A stretch of DNA of 24,000 bases from an uncultured Erysipelotrichaceae bacterium. GTDB taxonomy: Bacteria > Bacillota_I > Bacilli_A > Erysipelotrichales > Erysipelotrichaceae. The notes beneath the pieces were generated by a model. The model had not been told where the DNA came from. It made no database searches and saw only the letters and a program-made list of their open reading frames with translations. Within the stretch, counting starts at the first letter, position 1. Every line of letters starts with the position of its first letter. Shown piece by piece: positions 14,800 through 22,858 of this stretch. Position numbers and translations under genes: made by a program. The stretch lies in NCBI GenBank assembly GCA_964622375.1, contig CAZUQA010000036.1:24811-48810 (forward strand), written 5' to 3'.

Positions 14800-16676
14800 G
14801 TATAAGCGAAAACCTGGGAAGAATTGTCAATCAAGGTAATGACAATAACAGAATAAGGTTGTTCGCTGATGTAAAGCGGAGTGATGAAAGCCAAATACTC
14901 TGACCATTGTTCAAAAGCAACGTCAATCAGATCAATACGCTGCCGTTGCAGACTATCTGTGTTGAAGTAAGGGATATGGTAAAGCGGGGCACTGATACTC
15001 ATTTTGGCAATCAACTGACTGTTGACTTGCGGGATTTCGTATTCATAAGCCGCTAATAATTCCAAGGTGTTGATAAAGCTCGGGAAAATCGCCACGGAGT
15101 AATCTAAAGCTAAGTTGCCTGAGGAGAAACTCAAATAACAAACCGGCAGACCGGAGTTTTGGTAGATAGCTGCAGTATCCAAACGGTATAAATCAGTTTC
15201 TAAGGCAGAAAGTAATTTAGCGGTTTTTTCCTGAGAACCGACGATTTTTCTGCCACCGCTATGGAGCGAATCGTCAATAGAAACCAACAACCAATCTTTC
15301 TCAGTGCGCTGGTTTAATAAGGGCTGGTAAGAAGCTAACCAAATCTTATTATCCAAAATCTCATAATAAAAACTATAAGGGAGGAAAGCTTCGGATACAC
15401 CATAGCGTCTTTTATAATTGAAAACCGCTCTTTGGTAGTTAAGATACAGGGTGAATTGCGAATGTTGCGGATTTAGCCGATAATTGATGAGCTGGGTTTG
15501 TAGTTGCGTAAATTCGCTGATGACTTTTTGTTGCTTGATAATAAGGTAGTCAGGGTGACCCGGGTCATCTTTGAAGATTGAAGCCAGGAAGTCTTCTCGG
15601 ACTTCGATATACAAGACGGTTTCCGGTTCCGGGACAAAGGCCTCATAGCCGAAACCCCCGCTTAGCCGGATGGTTGTTAGGGCGATAATAATAGCCAGGA
15701 TATAGACAACGAAGATCTTCAAAGGGCGAAAGAGATTTTTAAAGCCGCGGGTTGCCAACATTCTGATAGACAAGAATACCAGTAAAGCCAAGATAATCGC
15801 AAACAGATAAGTAAACCAGGGGCGAAAGTTCAAGTTGGAAGTAGTCAAGTAACTTAAAAGAAAGACATTGAAAGTGAAGACATAACTCATCAAAGGATAG
15901 ATCATTCTGGAAGTTGAAGCATCGGCACTCTTTTCCGGTTTGCGACTGTAAAACAGCACAGAAGCCAATATCGGTACCAGCAGTAAAGCGAGTAAATAGA
16001 TGACAAAGATATAAAGTGGGGTAGCACTGAGCCAAGTATAAAAGATACTGAAAAGTGGGGAGATAAAAGCCAGTAAATAAAAATTCTCATAAGGGGGAAA
16101 ACCCAGCAGGGTATTCTCCAGAAAGACGACGATAGCATAGTACAGTGATAAAGGTAAATTGATAAGAATTAAGGAAGCTAAGAAACTGTCGAAGCGATTG
16201 TTGCACTTTTGGATAATCAAAGTCACCAGATTATTGATGGTTAAGTAGAAGAGGACAATTTTTCCGTACATCAATAGATTTTCCCCCAAGAAAGGCGAGC
16301 CATAGAGATGAAGAGTAAATAGTCCACTGGCGACTGCTAAAGTTACCGGGAGTAAAGGAACAATGATGCCGATCAAGTAATTATGAATGAAGAGATCTTG
16401 CCTTTTTATCGGTAAAGCGAAGTAAAAATCACTGGAGTTTTTGGCATTAGTGAAGCTGAACAAGCCGATAGGAAAGACAAAACCCAAGACTAAAAGAACG
16501 GCGGCGATAGCGTAAAAGTAATCGTAGGTGCTTTCAAGGCTGTTATAGTTATTGTAAGTTGCTAATACGACCAGCGGAAAAACCAGGAAACAAAAAAGGA
16601 AGATGAAAATCATCCGACTTAAAAAACTACGCAAACGGAATTTGAAGTAGCGCCAAAGTTTGTCAGGGCGTCCCAT
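14793..16676 (-). CDS. Polytopic membrane protein (about 627 aa) with a roughly 280-aa C-terminal non-membrane domain; presumed permease partner of the upstream ABC ATPase
   Basis: About 10 or more hydrophobic helices occupy the first 350 aa or so, followed by a hydrophilic domain. I prefer ATG 16676 (MGRPDKLW...). The listed start at 16697 is a TTG. Either start overlaps the ATPase stop (16663-16665). I do not recognise a family. Confidence 0.7.
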   Translation of the reverse strand: MGRPDKLWRYFKFRLRSFLSRMIFIFLFCFLVFPLVVLATYNNYNSLESTYDYFYAIAAVLLVLGFVFPIGLFSFTNAKNSSDFYFALPIKRQDLFIHNYLIGIIVPLLPVTLAVASGLFTLHLYGSPFLGENLLMYGKIVLFYLTINNLVTLIIQKCNNRFDSFLASLILINLPLSLYYAIVVFLENTLLGFPPYENFYLLAFISPLFSIFYTWLSATPLYIFVIYLLALLLVPILASVLFYSRKPEKSADASTSRMIYPLMSYVFTFNVFLLSYLTTSNLNFRPWFTYLFAIILALLVFLSIRMLATRGFKNLFRPLKIFVVYILAIIIALTTIRLSGGFGYEAFVPEPETVLYIEVREDFLASIFKDDPGHPDYLIIKQQKVISEFTQLQTQLINYRLNPQHSQFTLYLNYQRAVFNYKRRYGVSEAFLPYSFYYEILDNKIWLASYQPLLNQRTEKDWLLVSIDDSLHSGGRKIVGSQEKTAKLLSALETDLYRLDTAAIYQNSGLPVCYLSFSSGNLALDYSVAIFPSFINTLELLAAYEYEIPQVNSQLIAKMSISAPLYHIPYFNTDSLQRQRIDLIDVAFEQWSEYLAFITPLYISEQPYSVIVITLIDNSSQVFAYTK

Positions 16677-17550
16677 GAGTTTGTGCTTCCATTTCAAACA
16701 GGAAGGAGTCCTTGAGATTTAGCGGTAGTTCATCGATAAAAATTGGCTCCAGGCTGTTTAGTTGCTTTATTATTTTTTTGCGCTCACCACGAACGATGAG
16801 AGTAATTACATGACCGTTTTTTTCAAAAGCCAACAAGGAAAACTTTGCGAAATCAGCTGGTGTTTTTTCGGTGGAAAATGATAATTGGAATTTGCTGATG
16901 TCAGTGCTGAGTTCAGCCGCTGAGCCGCTGAGTTTCATATGGCCGTCTTTGATTAAACCTAAAGAATCACAGATGTCGGTCAGCTCACTCAGATTATCGG
17001 AAGTGATGATGGTGGTTTGCCCAAAATTTTCTACATTGTCTTTCAAAACGGCAATAAGGCCGGCTTGTTGGCCGCTTTCTAAGCCGTCAAAGACCTCATC
17101 CAACAACAAGTACTTACAATTACAGGCTAACGCTAAAGCTAAAGCGGCTTGTTTTTTGGCGCCGGAAGAAAAGCGGTTGATTTTCTTTTTCTCATTAAGC
17201 TGGAAGAGTTCCAACATTTGACGATAGGTTTTATCATTAAAATCGGGGTAGAAAATCAAATAGAACTTCCGCATATCGGCGATAGTAGCTTGATTTAAAA
17301 AGAAGGGGTCATCACTGACCAGACGGATTTGTTGTTTCATCAGGGGGTTTTCATAGACCGCTTGCCCATCGATCTTTACGAAACCGCCATCGGCATGATA
17401 AATACCGGCAATTATCCGCAATACCGTCGATTTTCCGGAACCATCAGCACCCATTAAACCAAAAATCGTAGCGTTGGGGATGCGCAAAGACAGATTGTCT
17501 AGAACCGCTTTATCGTAGAAAGTTTTTTTAACATTGATTAGTTCAATCAC
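16663..17550 (-). CDS. ABC transporter ATP-binding protein (single domain, ABC-2/CcmA-like)
   Basis: Walker A is GADGSGKST and Walker B is YLLLDEVFDGLE. The signature is divergent: FSSGAKKQ instead of LSGGQ. It has a GTG start at 17550 with GGGAGA upstream. Confidence 0.9.
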   Translation of the reverse strand: MIELINVKKTFYDKAVLDNLSLRIPNATIFGLMGADGSGKSTVLRIIAGIYHADGGFVKIDGQAVYENPLMKQQIRLVSDDPFFLNQATIADMRKFYLIFYPDFNDKTYRQMLELFQLNEKKKINRFSSGAKKQAALALALACNCKYLLLDEVFDGLESGQQAGLIAVLKDNVENFGQTTIITSDNLSELTDICDSLGLIKDGHMKLSGSAAELSTDISKFQLSFSTEKTPADFAKFSLLAFEKNGHVITLIVRGERKKIIKQLNSLEPIFIDELPLNLKDSFLFEMEAQTHGTP

Positions 17551-17567
17551 GATTTCTCTCCCGCCAC

Positions 17568-17579
17568 TATTATATAATA
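17568..17579. promoter_or_regulatory. 12-nt AT palindrome TATTATATAATA giving TATAAT on both strands in the divergent intergenic region
   Basis: TATAAT reads at 17573-17578 on the + strand and at 17574-17569 on the - strand. It is a plausible -10 for the minus-strand ABC operon. Confidence 0.35.
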
Positions 17580-17596
17580 CAACAATGATGAATTTA

Positions 17597-17605
17597 TGCT
17601 ATATT
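17597..17605 (+). promoter_or_regulatory. Extended -10 element TGCTATATT upstream of gpmI
   Basis: TGnTATAtT lies 26 nt before ATG 17631, with AGAGGTAGG as RBS. This is the third copy of the ATGCTATA core in the window. Confidence 0.45.
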
Positions 17606-17630
17606 TAGTAAGGAAAAAAGAGGTAGGTTT

Positions 17631-19199
17631 ATGAGTAAAAAACCTTTAGTGTTAGTAGTCATGGACGGTGTCGGTCTCAGTGACAGTAAGTGGGGCAATG
17701 CCGTAGAAAATAGTTATACACCAACTTTAGATCAGCTTATGGCAAGCTGTCCTAATTTGCGAATTAAAGCTCATGGTGGCGCTGTCGGCTTGCCGGGTGA
17801 AGATGATATGGGGAACTCCGAAGTGGGTCATAATGCCTTAGGTTGCGGCCAAATTTATGCGCAAGGTGCTAAACTGGTCAATCAATCGCTCAGTGATGCT
17901 AGCCTTTTCCATAGCGAAACTTGGAAAGCTTTGGTGGAAAACGCGAAAAACAGTTGCCTGCATTTTATCGGTTTACTCTCTGATGGCAATGTCCATTCCC
18001 ATATTGATCACCTGTTGGCTTTATTGCGGCAGGCTAAAGAAGAAGGCTTGCCAAAAGTCAGAATTCACGCTTTGTTGGATGGTCGTGATGTTCCGGAAAC
18101 TTCAGCCTTGATCTATGTTGCCCAATTGGAAGCGGTGTTAGCGGAGCTAAATGATGAGAGATTCGATTGTCAGGTGGCCAGTGGTGGTGGTCGCATGAAG
18201 CTTACTATGGATCGTTATCAAGCCGACTGGGGTATGGTGGAAGCCGGCTGGCAGCATCATGTCTTAGGACAAGGACGTCAGTTCTGCAGTATAACAGAAG
18301 CCATAGAAACGTATCGTCATGAATTAGGGCTTTCCGATCAAGATTTACCGGGCTTTGTGATTGCGGAAAATGGCGAGCCGGTGGGAAGAATAAGCGCTGG
18401 CGATTCGGTCATTCTGTTTAACTTTAGAGGGGATCGGGCTCTGGAAATCTCGCAAGCCTTTGATGATGAAGAGTTTACCAAGTTTGATCGCGGTAGTAGG
18501 CTCGATGTTATGTATGCCGGCATGTTGCAATATGATGGTGATTTGAAGATACCGCGACGCTATTTAGTGAGTCCCCCCAGTATAAAAAATACTTTGACGG
18601 AATATCTGGTCGCCCATAAAATCAAAGAGTACGCCATCAGCGAGACTCAGAAGTTTGGTCATGTCACCTATTTCTGGAACGGTAACCGGTCAGAGCCTTT
18701 CAGCAGTGAGTTGGAAAGCTGGCAGGAAATAAAATCGGACATGGTGCCCTTTGAGCAAAGACCATGGATGAAGGCTGCTGAGATATGTGACAGTTTAATT
18801 CCGGCTATTCTCAGTAAGGAATATGATTTTTTGCGCTGTAATTTCCCTAACGGTGACATGGTGGGCCATACCGGGGTATACCAAGCTACCTTGATTGGGG
18901 TGGAAGCTGTCGATTTGGCTTTAGCCCGTATCCTTAAAGCCGTCACTGAAGTCGGGGGTATCCTGATAGTGACAGCGGACCATGGCAATGCCGAAGAGAT
19001 GTATGAAAAAAGTAAAAACCACGATGAACTGCCAAAACCTAAGACTGCCCATACCTTAAACGCCGTTCCTTTCATCATCTACGGTGCCGAAGTTAAAATA
19101 AAAGCCGGGGAATTTGGTTTGGCTAATGTCGCGCAGACAGTCGTCAAGTTGTTAAACTTACCGGAAAATCCGGCTTGGTTGGAAAGCATTATCGAATAA
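17631..19199 (+). CDS. gpmI: 2,3-bisphosphoglycerate-independent phosphoglycerate mutase
   Basis: VVMDGVGLS, MGNSEVGHNALG, LLSDGNVHSH, LDGRDV, NGDMVGHTG and VTADHGNAEEM are the metal and catalytic Ser blocks of iPGM. Confidence 0.95.
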   Translation: MSKKPLVLVVMDGVGLSDSKWGNAVENSYTPTLDQLMASCPNLRIKAHGGAVGLPGEDDMGNSEVGHNALGCGQIYAQGAKLVNQSLSDASLFHSETWKALVENAKNSCLHFIGLLSDGNVHSHIDHLLALLRQAKEEGLPKVRIHALLDGRDVPETSALIYVAQLEAVLAELNDERFDCQVASGGGRMKLTMDRYQADWGMVEAGWQHHVLGQGRQFCSITEAIETYRHELGLSDQDLPGFVIAENGEPVGRISAGDSVILFNFRGDRALEISQAFDDEEFTKFDRGSRLDVMYAGMLQYDGDLKIPRRYLVSPPSIKNTLTEYLVAHKIKEYAISETQKFGHVTYFWNGNRSEPFSSELESWQEIKSDMVPFEQRPWMKAAEICDSLIPAILSKEYDFLRCNFPNGDMVGHTGVYQATLIGVEAVDLALARILKAVTEVGGILIVTADHGNAEEMYEKSKNHDELPKPKTAHTLNAVPFIIYGAEVKIKAGEFGLANVAQTVVKLLNLPENPAWLESIIE

Positions 19200-19537
19200 T
19201 GGCTTTCTGTTAAGATTTTGTGCCGGCTATTTTAGTCAACGGCTCGATAATTTTCTTTTAGCTACAAAAAGCTGTTTGGTCAGTAGGGTAGTTTAACAAG
19301 GTAAAATGCTTGGCTTGCTAGGTGACCATTAATTCCTTTTACAACCGACGCTCAGAAGTCGAGCGCTATTGCCGGCTTGTGACTTACCGGCTATTAATCC
19401 CGGAGCTAAAGAAACGCAGTTGATCAGCGAACTTCGCGATTGCGACTTATGGTGCCAAGTTATTGAAGTTGCTTGCCGAGAATTACCCTTTTCTAAAACA
19501 AAAACAAGCACTAAGCTTAAATGAAGCAGCTGGCTTG

Positions 19538-19546
19538 TGTTATAAT
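19538..19546 (+). promoter_or_regulatory. Extended -10 element TGTTATAAT upstream of tmk
   Basis: An exact TGnTATAAT, 16 nt before ATG 19562. This implies a very short leader. Confidence 0.45.
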
Positions 19547-19561
19547 TTTCTTGAGGTAATG

Positions 19562-20185
19562 ATGAAAAAAGGTTGTTTTATCGTATTTGAAGGACCGGAC
19601 GGCAGTGGAAAATCCACAGTCTCACAAGCTGTATATGAAATCCTAAAAGCGGAAGAGTGGGATGTGGTTTTAACGCGAGAACCCGGGGGTAGCCGGATTG
19701 CCGAAGAAATTCGTAATTTGATTTTAAATCCGCAGAATACGGAAATGGACGCGCGGACCGAAGCTTTGCTTTATGCCGCCAGTCGTCGTCAACATTTAAA
19801 GGAAAAAGTTTTACCGGCTGTTGCCGGCGGTAAGATTGTCATCTGCGATCGTTTTGTAGATAGTTCTTTAGCTTATCAGGCATATGGCCGGGAAATCGGT
19901 TTGCAACCGGTGGTTGATATCAATGAATTCGCTATCGAAGGCTACCATCCTGATTTGACCATCTTTCTCAATATTGATGCCCAAACCGGTCTACAGCGTT
20001 TAGCTAATCGTAAAGAACTTGATCGTTTAGACCAAGAGAGTCTGGAATTTCACCAAAAGGTCTTTGCGGGTTACCAAGAGATTTTAGCCAATACCAAACA
20101 GAATTATGTCATCGTCGATGCCAGTCAAAGCGTAGAAGCCGTAGTAACAGCGTCGCTCCAGATCATCAAGGAGTTTGTTTCATGA
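19562..20185 (+). CDS. tmk: Thymidylate kinase
   Basis: P-loop FIVFEGPDGSGKST, TREPGG and the DRFVDSSLAYQ block. I start at ATG 19562, after GAGG at 19553-19556. The listed TTG extension from 19463 adds 33 non-conserved residues. Confidence 0.95.
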   Translation: MKKGCFIVFEGPDGSGKSTVSQAVYEILKAEEWDVVLTREPGGSRIAEEIRNLILNPQNTEMDARTEALLYAASRRQHLKEKVLPAVAGGKIVICDRFVDSSLAYQAYGREIGLQPVVDINEFAIEGYHPDLTIFLNIDAQTGLQRLANRKELDRLDQESLEFHQKVFAGYQEILANTKQNYVIVDASQSVEAVVTASLQIIKEFVS

Positions 20186-21162
20186 ATTATGCAACTTTCC
20201 AAGAAAGACAACCCTTAGCATTACAGGCTATCGCCAATAGTATCCGCAATCGACAGTTTGCCCATGCTTATATTTTATATGGCAGTGAAGGCGTGGAACT
20301 GCAGGAATATGGCGAGTTTTTGATTCAGAGTTTACTCTGTGAAAACCCGGTTAACGGTTTAGCTTGTGGCCTTTGCGGTAATTGTAGTCGCGTTGCCCGC
20401 GGGGTTTATGCCGATTTGGTGGTGCTTTCCGGCAGTGAGAAACGTATCGGTAAAGGTGAGATAATCCAATTGATTAACCAGTTGAATAAAACCGGCTTAG
20501 AAAGCAAAGGCTTAAAGTTTTACTTGATTAATGAAGTCGACAATGCGACCGTGGAGGCGCTGAACAGTTTGTTGAAGTTTTTAGAAGAACCGGGCAATGA
20601 ATTGACTTATGCCATTCTGACGACCCACCAACTGGATAAAGTGTTGCCGACTATCACTTCCCGTTGTCTTAAAATACCTTTTTGGGGCTACCCAAAAGCC
20701 GAGTTGATTCAGAAGTCTTACGATATTGCCGGCGATAACAGCGCTTACTACCTGTTAAGCAACATCGCCAAAAACCCGGATCGGGCTTTAGCTTTGGAGA
20801 ATAATGAAACTTTTAAGAAAGCCTTGCAACTGTTTCGTAGTTTTTTAGGCATTTATGATCAAGACAGCCATGAAGCTTTGGTCATTGTCCAAACCGCGGG
20901 CTTGAATGATAAAAAAAGCGACAAAGAGTTGTTGAGTTATTGGTTAGCCTTAAATATTCAGTTCTTTAAAGATATCAACTATACCACGGTACTGCCCAAT
21001 GGTTGGTATCATGATTTATTGGATCGCTATAACAGCTACCATCAGCATAGTATGAAAATGTTGCCAATTTTCTTAGAGGCCTACGACCAACTAGAGCGTC
21101 CCTTGAATTTGAGTTTACTGGTCGAAAAAATGTTTTGGCAGTTAAAGGAGCTTACATCATGA
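20182..21162 (+). CDS. holB: DNA polymerase III delta-prime subunit
   Basis: HAYILYG, the Zn module CENPVNGLACGLCGNCSRV, LLKFLEEP and TSRC. ATGA overlap with tmk at 20182-20185. Confidence 0.9.
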   Translation: MNYATFQERQPLALQAIANSIRNRQFAHAYILYGSEGVELQEYGEFLIQSLLCENPVNGLACGLCGNCSRVARGVYADLVVLSGSEKRIGKGEIIQLINQLNKTGLESKGLKFYLINEVDNATVEALNSLLKFLEEPGNELTYAILTTHQLDKVLPTITSRCLKIPFWGYPKAELIQKSYDIAGDNSAYYLLSNIAKNPDRALALENNETFKKALQLFRSFLGIYDQDSHEALVIVQTAGLNDKKSDKELLSYWLALNIQFFKDINYTTVLPNGWYHDLLDRYNSYHQHSMKMLPIFLEAYDQLERPLNLSLLVEKMFWQLKELTS

Positions 21163-22037
21163 GTGAAAACAATATGGAATATGTCATTGCCGTGCGCTTT
21201 AGAAACAGCAGGAAAGCTTACACTTTCGGCACCAAGATTATCGATCTGAAAAACGGTGATAAGGTAGTTGTGGAAAGCATCCACGGCTATGAGTTGGCGG
21301 AAGTTGTCAGCGAACCCAAGCCGCTAGGCGCGGCTAAAGTGATCGGTGAGTTAAAAACTATCGTACGTAAAGCCAACAACAATGATATAAAAAATGCCGC
21401 TGATAATATCGAGGCGGCAAAATATGCGCGTCAGGTTTGTGAGAAGAGCATCGAAAAATTGGGTTTAGAAATGAACCTGATTGACGTCGGCTACACTTTA
21501 GACAGAACCAAGGTGGTCTTTGTCTATGTTGCCGACGAAAGGGTGGATTTTCGGGAGTTATTAAAGGAACTGTCCAGTGCTTTGCGGTGTCGCATCGAAA
21601 TGCGGCAGGTAGGACCACGAGATAAAGCGAAGATGATTGGTGGTATCGGTAATTGCGGTAATGAAACCTGTTGTTCGCGTTTCATGCGGGATTTCGATGT
21701 AATCTCCATCAATATGGCAAAGAACCAACTTTTAGCTTTAAATATTCAAAAGCTATCAGGACAGTGCGGCAAGCTGATGTGTTGCTTAAAAAATGAAGAT
21801 GATATTTATAGCGAGTTACGTAAAGGCTTACCAAAACTAAACTCGCAAATCAAATACAAAGACAAGATTTATCGCTTAACCGGAATTAATTTTTTAATCG
21901 ATCAGGTGCGCTTAGACTCACGCGAGGAGTCCTTAATTATCAAAGTCGCGGATTTACGTGAATTAATTAAGCTGACCAGTACCGTCGAAGTCATTGAGGA
22001 AGATGATAATGCAGAGGCAGTCGAGTTTTCAGAATGA
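21159..22037 (+). CDS. ricT: PSP1-domain protein RicT/YaaT (stage 0 sporulation protein YaaT family)
   Basis: Strong resemblance to B. subtilis YaaT: VDFRELLKEL, RIEMRQVGPRDKAKMIGGIG, and the Cys blocks CGNETCCSRF and CGKLMCCLKNE. AAGGAG at 21145-21150. ATGA overlap with the holB stop. Confidence 0.9.
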   Translation: MSENNMEYVIAVRFRNSRKAYTFGTKIIDLKNGDKVVVESIHGYELAEVVSEPKPLGAAKVIGELKTIVRKANNNDIKNAADNIEAAKYARQVCEKSIEKLGLEMNLIDVGYTLDRTKVVFVYVADERVDFRELLKELSSALRCRIEMRQVGPRDKAKMIGGIGNCGNETCCSRFMRDFDVISINMAKNQLLALNIQKLSGQCGKLMCCLKNEDDIYSELRKGLPKLNSQIKYKDKIYRLTGINFLIDQVRLDSREESLIIKVADLRELIKLTSTVEVIEEDDNAEAVEFSE

Positions 22038-22854
22038 TCAGCCGACTTTGTTTTTAGTCGCCACCCCCATTGGCAACCTTAGTGAAATGACGCCACGGGC
22101 TATTGACATCCTCAAAAAGGTTGAAGTGATAGCCTGTGAAGATACGCGCAATACGGTAAAACTATTGAGCCATTTTCAAATCAAAACGCATTTGATCGCT
22201 CACCATCGTTTTAACGAAGCGGACTCCAGCGCCGGAATAATTAAGCTGTTAGCTGAAGGAAAAGATGTCGCCTTAGTCAGTGATGCTGGCTTTCCTTTGG
22301 TCTGTGATCCCGGAGCTTTACTGGCGCAAGAAGTGATGAAAGCCGGCTACAATGTTGTCGTGGTTAATGGCAGTTCAGCGCTGCTGAGTGGCTTAGTAGC
22401 CAGCGGTTTAAATATCAACCCTTTTTACTTTCATGGCTACTTGACTCATGATGATAATAGCGCCAGAAAACAACTGCAAGATCTGGCTCATTACCCGATG
22501 ACTTTGGTTTTCTATGAAGCCGTACATCGTTTACGTCGCAGTTTGGAAATGATGTTGGAAATCTTCGGTAATCGGCAAATCTGTGTGGCTCGGGAGTTGA
22601 CAAAGATTTATGAGGAGTACGCTCGGGGTAGCATTACGGAGATCTTGAATATCAGCGATGAAATGAAAGGGGAGTTTGTCATTATCGTCGCCGGTAAAGA
22701 AGATAATCCCCCGGATATCGCTTTGCCCGACTTGCAACTGCGGGTTGAACAATTTATCGGTGCCGGTTATACAGCCTCGCAAGCCATAAAAATGGTAGCC
22801 AAGGAAGCTAATATTTCAAAAAATAAGTTATATCAATATATTCATCAAGCATAA
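22009..22854 (+). CDS. rsmI: 16S rRNA (cytidine1402-2'-O)-methyltransferase
   Basis: LFLVATPIGNLSEMTPRAIDILKKVEVIACEDTR is the tetrapyrrole-methylase-fold N-terminus of RsmI. FYEAVHR is also present. GAGGAAG at 21996-22002 favours ATG 22009. It overlaps the ricT 3' end by 29 nt. Confidence 0.95.
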   Translation: MQRQSSFQNDQPTLFLVATPIGNLSEMTPRAIDILKKVEVIACEDTRNTVKLLSHFQIKTHLIAHHRFNEADSSAGIIKLLAEGKDVALVSDAGFPLVCDPGALLAQEVMKAGYNVVVVNGSSALLSGLVASGLNINPFYFHGYLTHDDNSARKQLQDLAHYPMTLVFYEAVHRLRRSLEMMLEIFGNRQICVARELTKIYEEYARGSITEILNISDEMKGEFVIIVAGKEDNPPDIALPDLQLRVEQFIGAGYTASQAIKMVAKEANISKNKLYQYIHQA

Positions 22855-22858
22855 AATT

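Noticed and set aside
8045-17637. The motif TTTATGAGTA occurs three times (8045-8055, 9250-9260 and 17628-17637)
   Set aside because: The third copy is simply the gpmI start codon region. A rough count suggests that several 10-mers recurring three times are expected by chance in 48 kb of AT-rich two-strand sequence.
2400-19078. Other antisense or overlapping listed ORFs (2400..2654-, 3000..3296-, 3487..3747-, 3656..3844-, 4617..4817-, 5972..6316-, 8106..8513-, 9441..9818-, 9752..10267-, 10036..10227-, 10708..10980-, 11841..12185-, 12385..12615-, 15739..16035-, 15902..16138-, 16871..17221+, 17857..18111+, 18338..18530-, 18668..19078-, and also 21081..21712- and 22415..23049-)
   Set aside because: Each is embedded in a confidently assigned gene on the other strand or in another frame. 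Each lacks an RBS and has the biased composition expected of shadow ORFs.
19300-19470. Possible SRP RNA (expected near tmk/holB in Bacillus-like synteny) or T-box leader in the gpmI-tmk gap
   Set aside because: I could not find the SRP domain IV core (GNAR tetraloop flanked by GGAAGCAGC-type strands) on either strand. The only GAAGCAGC (19523-19530) has no matching helix. The T-box GGTGGTACCGCG element is absent, since ATGGTGCCAAG is only a weak resemblance. The region is kept only as an unassigned finding.
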